Positions 60,989 through 64,000 of a DNA stretch of 64,000 bases are shown piece by piece; the first letter of the stretch is position 1; each line of letters starts with the position of its first letter. The notes below the pieces were generated by a model that did no database searches, was not told the DNA's origin, and saw nothing but the letters and a program-made list of their open reading frames with translations. This DNA comes from Bacteroidota bacterium (GTDB lineage: Bacteria > Bacteroidota > Bacteroidia > Bacteroidales > GCA-2748055), in contig JBDLIQ010000003.1 in NCBI GenBank assembly GCA_039714775.1, forward strand, positions 13,226-77,225. Reading direction: 5' to 3'. The translations under genes and the position numbers were made by a program.

Positions 60989-62191
60989 GTGAATAAAGAG
61001 AAGGTCATTCTTGAAGGGATCCATTATAAAACCGGGCGGGTGATCCGCCTGGGGATCTTCAATGGTCTTATTTTCAGCATAACCGATATCAACTCGCTCT
61101 ACAGGGCGGCCGGGAGCAAAAGGGCAAAGCTTCCTGTAATCGCCCCCGGACTGGTGGATTTGCAGGTCAATGGCTACAAAGGAGTTGATTTTAATGACCG
61201 GCAGCTAACCCCTGAACAGGTCGAACAGGCATCGGAGGAGTTGCTGAAGACAGGGGTGACAAAGTACTTTCCGACCCTGATAACCGGATCAAAGAAAAAG
61301 AGCAGCGAACTACTCAAAACCCTGGCAGAGGCGTCGGGCGGGCGAGGGCTCTCTGCCCGGATGATCGGGGGAATCCATATCGAAGGTCCCTTTATCTCGA
61401 AGGAGGAGGGTCCGAGGGGTGCCCATCCCAAACGCTACTGCATCAATCCCGACCCGGAGCTTATCGAACAGTGGCAGGCCGAATCGGGCGGGATGATCAG
61501 GATCATTACCCTGGCCCCTGAGCTGCCCGGAAGCGAGGAGCTGATCAGGGCAGCTGTTGAGATGGGGATGGTGGTTGCCCTGGGCCATACGGATGCTGAC
61601 AGCGCGTCTGTCCGAAGGGCCGTGGAGGCGGGAGCCACCCTCTCGACACACCTGGGGAACGGCTGTCACCCGCTCCTGCCCCGTCATCCAAACTATATCT
61701 GGGACCAGCTGGCCGAAGATCGCCTCTATGCCAGCATGATTGCCGACGGATTTCACCTGCCTGATGCTGTTCTGAAGGTTTTTGGAGCTGTGAAAGGGGA
61801 GAGGGCGGTTCTTGTGAGCGACTCCATGACCTATGCAGGTTTGAAGCCGGGATTATATGATTCTCCTGCCACAGGAAAGGTGCGGCTCACAGAGGAGGGG
61901 AGGCTTCATCTGGAGAGGAACCCGAAAAGCCTTGCGGGATCGGCAGGCAACCTGCTCGGCGGGGTTGGGAAGATGGCTGGGATTGCAGGATTCTCCCACG
62001 CCTGGGATATGGGATCGGTAAACCCGTCAGAGTTGCTGAACCAAAACAACCTGCACGGACTCCAGGTGGGTGCCCATGCCGACCTGGTGCTGCTGGATCC
62101 CGACCTGGAGCATCCCTCAGTCAGGAGGGTGTTGCCTTTTTACGGTAACGGTTATAGGAGAGGTAGAAAGCCAACCAGACCACCAGGATGA
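60989..62191 (+). CDS. nagA: N-acetylglucosamine-6-phosphate deacetylase-like amidohydrolase
   Basis: GTG start. GLVDLQVNGYKGVDFND, HIEGPFIS, LAPE, ALGHTDA, THLGNG and a C-terminal ADLVLLD are the NagA landmarks as I remember them. The last approx. 23 aa overlap a convergent gene. Confidence 0.75.
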   Translation: MNKEKVILEGIHYKTGRVIRLGIFNGLIFSITDINSLYRAAGSKRAKLPVIAPGLVDLQVNGYKGVDFNDRQLTPEQVEQASEELLKTGVTKYFPTLITGSKKKSSELLKTLAEASGGRGLSARMIGGIHIEGPFISKEEGPRGAHPKRYCINPDPELIEQWQAESGGMIRIITLAPELPGSEELIRAAVEMGMVVALGHTDADSASVRRAVEAGATLSTHLGNGCHPLLPRHPNYIWDQLAEDRLYASMIADGFHLPDAVLKVFGAVKGERAVLVSDSMTYAGLKPGLYDSPATGKVRLTEEGRLHLERNPKSLAGSAGNLLGGVGKMAGIAGFSHAWDMGSVNPSELLNQNNLHGLQVGAHADLVLLDPDLEHPSVRRVLPFYGNGYRRGRKPTRPPG

Positions 62192-62546
62192 TGATGAGCA
62201 GTACAGAGTAGTTTGTGTGGTATAAAGCGGAGAAGGTGACGATGCAGCTTTTGGATGGATTATTCCGTTTGTAGATCACGATCACCTTTTTCCCATAGGT
62301 GAGCGGGTAGTTTATCGGACCATGGGTCATACAGATGCTGTCACCAGCTGTGAAAAACACCTCGCTGGCATGTTCCAGTACCTGCCCTTCGAAGTATGCT
62401 TCATGCCACATTGGTGCAAACTCCCCCACGGTCCCGGTGGTTCTCTCCCCTCCAAACATCAATTTCCAGTGCCTGGAGGGGGGCAGCAGCAGAATGAGCA
62501 GGACAATCCCCCAGAAAGCGGGTTTGCTGATGCTGTAGACTTTCAT
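62121..62546 (-). CDS. DUF3592-like membrane protein (two TM helices flanking a small beta domain)
   Basis: MKVYSISKPAFWGIVLLILLL...TTGTVGEF...VLLIIILVVWLAFYL. Confidence 0.55.
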   Translation of the reverse strand: MKVYSISKPAFWGIVLLILLLPPSRHWKLMFGGERTTGTVGEFAPMWHEAYFEGQVLEHASEVFFTAGDSICMTHGPINYPLTYGKKVIVIYKRNNPSKSCIVTFSALYHTNYSVLLIIILVVWLAFYLSYNRYRKKATPS

Positions 62547-62549
62547 ATT

Positions 62550-62557
62550 TAGCTTTG
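62550..62557 (+). promoter_or_regulatory. candidate -7 promoter box (TAGCTTTG)
   Basis: Matches TAnnTTTG, 74 nt upstream of the ATG at 62631. Confidence 0.25.
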
Positions 62558-62630
62558 TTTGCTTTTCATAAGTAATATATTGCTTATTTTTACATCTGGC
62601 ACAACCATTTCAACATTAAAACCCATCACC

Positions 62631-64000
62631 ATGAAGAACTTTCTTGTTCTCTTTAGCGCCATGATCCTGATGGCATCCTGTTCGGATGTTCAGAAACCGG
62701 AATCAACCAATCAATCACCAGTCGATGAATCAACCATTAAAACATTAGCAGAGAAGCTGGTTGAAGCGTATGGGGTGGCTCAGTCTGAAAGGATAGAAAA
62801 AGGGGTAAACCAGGCAGCCTCCCTCTGGAGAGCAGATAACGGGGATGAGGATGCCTTTCACTCCTTTGTAATGGATAACTATATCGGTGATCCGGAGGAG
62901 CTTGACCAGGTATTTGAAAAAGTCTCAAGGAATATTGAAATTCTGTTCGGCCATTTTAATAAGATCGGCCTGGACCTGCAGTCTCCCCTGCACCTTGATA
63001 TGGGACCGATTCATAAGATCGACCAGGATTTTGGCGCTTACAATCCGGGCGCTCATCTCTCTGAAGACCTTTACAATAACAGAATTGCATTCATGATCGC
63101 CCTGAACTTCCCAGGGTACAGTCTTGACGAAAAGAACGAGCTGGGTGCCTCCTGGTCCAGGAAGCAGTGGGCATATGCCCGCCTGGGAGATCTCTTTACA
63201 TCCAGGATCCCTCCTGAACTGATGCAAAACTACGCCCAGGTCTCCACCAATTCCGAAATATACATCTCCGGGTATAATATTTTCGTGGGGCAACTGCTGG
63301 ACCGGGAAAACAATGCACTTTTCGATCCCGGCATGCAACTTTTACTCCACTGGAATCTGAGGGATGAGATAAAATCCAACTACAACGAGGAGGGACTTGA
63401 AAAACAACGTCTCATCTACGAAGCGATGAAGCGGATCATTTACCAGGAGATCCCCGCAGCGGTTATCAATAGCGAGGAGTACACCTGGAATCCTTACACC
63501 AATGAAACCTTCAAGGATGGAAACCGGCTTGACCTCGCGCCGGAGGATAATGAGCGCTACAACCAGATCCTTGGGAATTTCAGGGCGCTGAAAGCCATGG
63601 ACCCCTATGAGCCCGAAATGAATACATTTCTCAAAAGAAGCTTCGCCGGGGAGAAAGAGATCTCACAGGAGGATGTGACAAAGCTTTTTACTGAATTTGC
63701 ATCATCGCCCCTGTTAAAAGAGGTGGCCGGGCTGATCAAAAAGGAGCTGGGCCGGGATCTGGAGGCCTATGACATATGGTATGACGGATTTAAGCCCCGC
63801 AGCGGAATTGATGCGGCCAGACTTGACGACATGACCAGTAAGAAATATCCCTCTCCTGAAGCTTTTGAAAAAGACCTTCCGGAAATACTGGTTAAACTGG
63901 GATTCGATACCGGGAGTGCCAGGGAGATCACCTCCCACATTGTGGTAGACGCGGCCCGGGGGTCGGGACATGCCTGGGGCGCCTCCATGAAATCTGAAAA
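62631..64000 (+). CDS. lipoprotein of unknown function, C-terminally truncated by the window edge
   Basis: The ATG at 62631 opens a frame with no stop up to 64000: MKNFLVLFSAMILMASCSDVQKPEST... (lipobox MASC). It is not in the ORF track because it lacks a stop. Antisense track ORFs at 62925-63338 and 63714-63988 are shadows. Confidence 0.7.
   Translation, partial: MKNFLVLFSAMILMASCSDVQKPESTNQSPVDESTIKTLAEKLVEAYGVAQSERIEKGVNQAASLWRADNGDEDAFHSFVMDNYIGDPEELDQVFEKVSRNIEILFGHFNKIGLDLQSPLHLDMGPIHKIDQDFGAYNPGAHLSEDLYNNRIAFMIALNFPGYSLDEKNELGASWSRKQWAYARLGDLFTSRIPPELMQNYAQVSTNSEIYISGYNIFVGQLLDRENNALFDPGMQLLLHWNLRDEIKSNYNEEGLEKQRLIYEAMKRIIYQEIPAAVINSEEYTWNPYTNETFKDGNRLDLAPEDNERYNQILGNFRALKAMDPYEPEMNTFLKRSFAGEKEISQEDVTKLFTEFASSPLLKEVAGLIKKELGRDLEAYDIWYDGFKPRSGIDAARLDDMTSKKYPSPEAFEKDLPEILVKLGFDTGSAREITSHIVVDAARGSGHAWGASMKSE

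Noticed and set aside
1-64000. Scan for tRNA, rRNA, CRISPR arrays, IS elements, integrases, and classical defence genes such as restriction enzymes or helicase-nucleases
   Set aside because: Nothing convincing was seen. Intergenic spaces are short and contain no cloverleaf-like or rRNA-like sequence, and no ORF shows transposase, integrase or nuclease-helicase motifs.

Overview
This 64-kb window looks like a chromosomal segment from a Bacteroidota genome. The evidence is a SusC/SusD pair, an ECF sigma/FecR pair, a T9SS C-terminal sorting domain, and TAnnTTTG-type promoter boxes. All calls come from reading the ORF translations and DNA by eye; no database search was run. About 50 protein-coding genes fill almost the whole window. 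I found no rRNA, tRNA, CRISPR array, transposase or integrase.

Gene order from left to right:
- 0.1-4.5 kb: a sugar-salvage cluster with an anomeric kinase, a ROK kinase, an MFS transporter and a nucleotidyltransferase.
- 4.5-10.2 kb: a lysine-rich cold-shock-domain protein, an orphan 7TMR-DISM histidine kinase, and a GH2 glycosidase coupled to a small HTH protein.
- 10.5-18.9 kb: a tightly coupled 8-gene operon. It encodes four paralogous BamB/PQQ-like beta-propellers, an NHL-like propeller, a tiny Tat/Cys4 protein, and a NapG/NapH-like Fe-S quinol-dehydrogenase module. No recognisable catalytic subunit is present.
- 18.9-38.4 kb: a lower-GC block with ECF sigma, anti-sigma, SusC and SusD, followed by two lipoproteins, a TlpA-type protein and two other exported thioredoxin-fold proteins, and two M16 peptidases. 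It contains no CAZyme.
- 38.5-42.1 kb: a T9SS cargo protein and a TPR protein.
- 42.1-58.4 kb: a GC-rich block. It starts with a 3-TM-anchored PQQ-like propeller that overlaps a fused NuoE/NuoF-like protein and a NuoG-N/GltD-like Fe-S flavoprotein pair (Bfu/Stn-like). A low-GC GH43-like gene follows. Then comes a sixth PQQ-like propeller in an operon with a GT4 glycosyltransferase, a YbbA/YbbP-like ABC transporter and two SDR enzymes.
- 58.7-59.9 kb: two tandem type II toxin-antitoxin modules (MazF-like and YefM/YoeB).
- 60-64 kb: a NagA-like deacetylase, membrane proteins, and a lipoprotein truncated at the right edge.

The best candidate for an undescribed system is the repeated pairing of exported PQQ-like/NHL beta-propellers with Fe-S electron-transfer modules at 10.5-18.9 kb and 42.1-50.4 kb.
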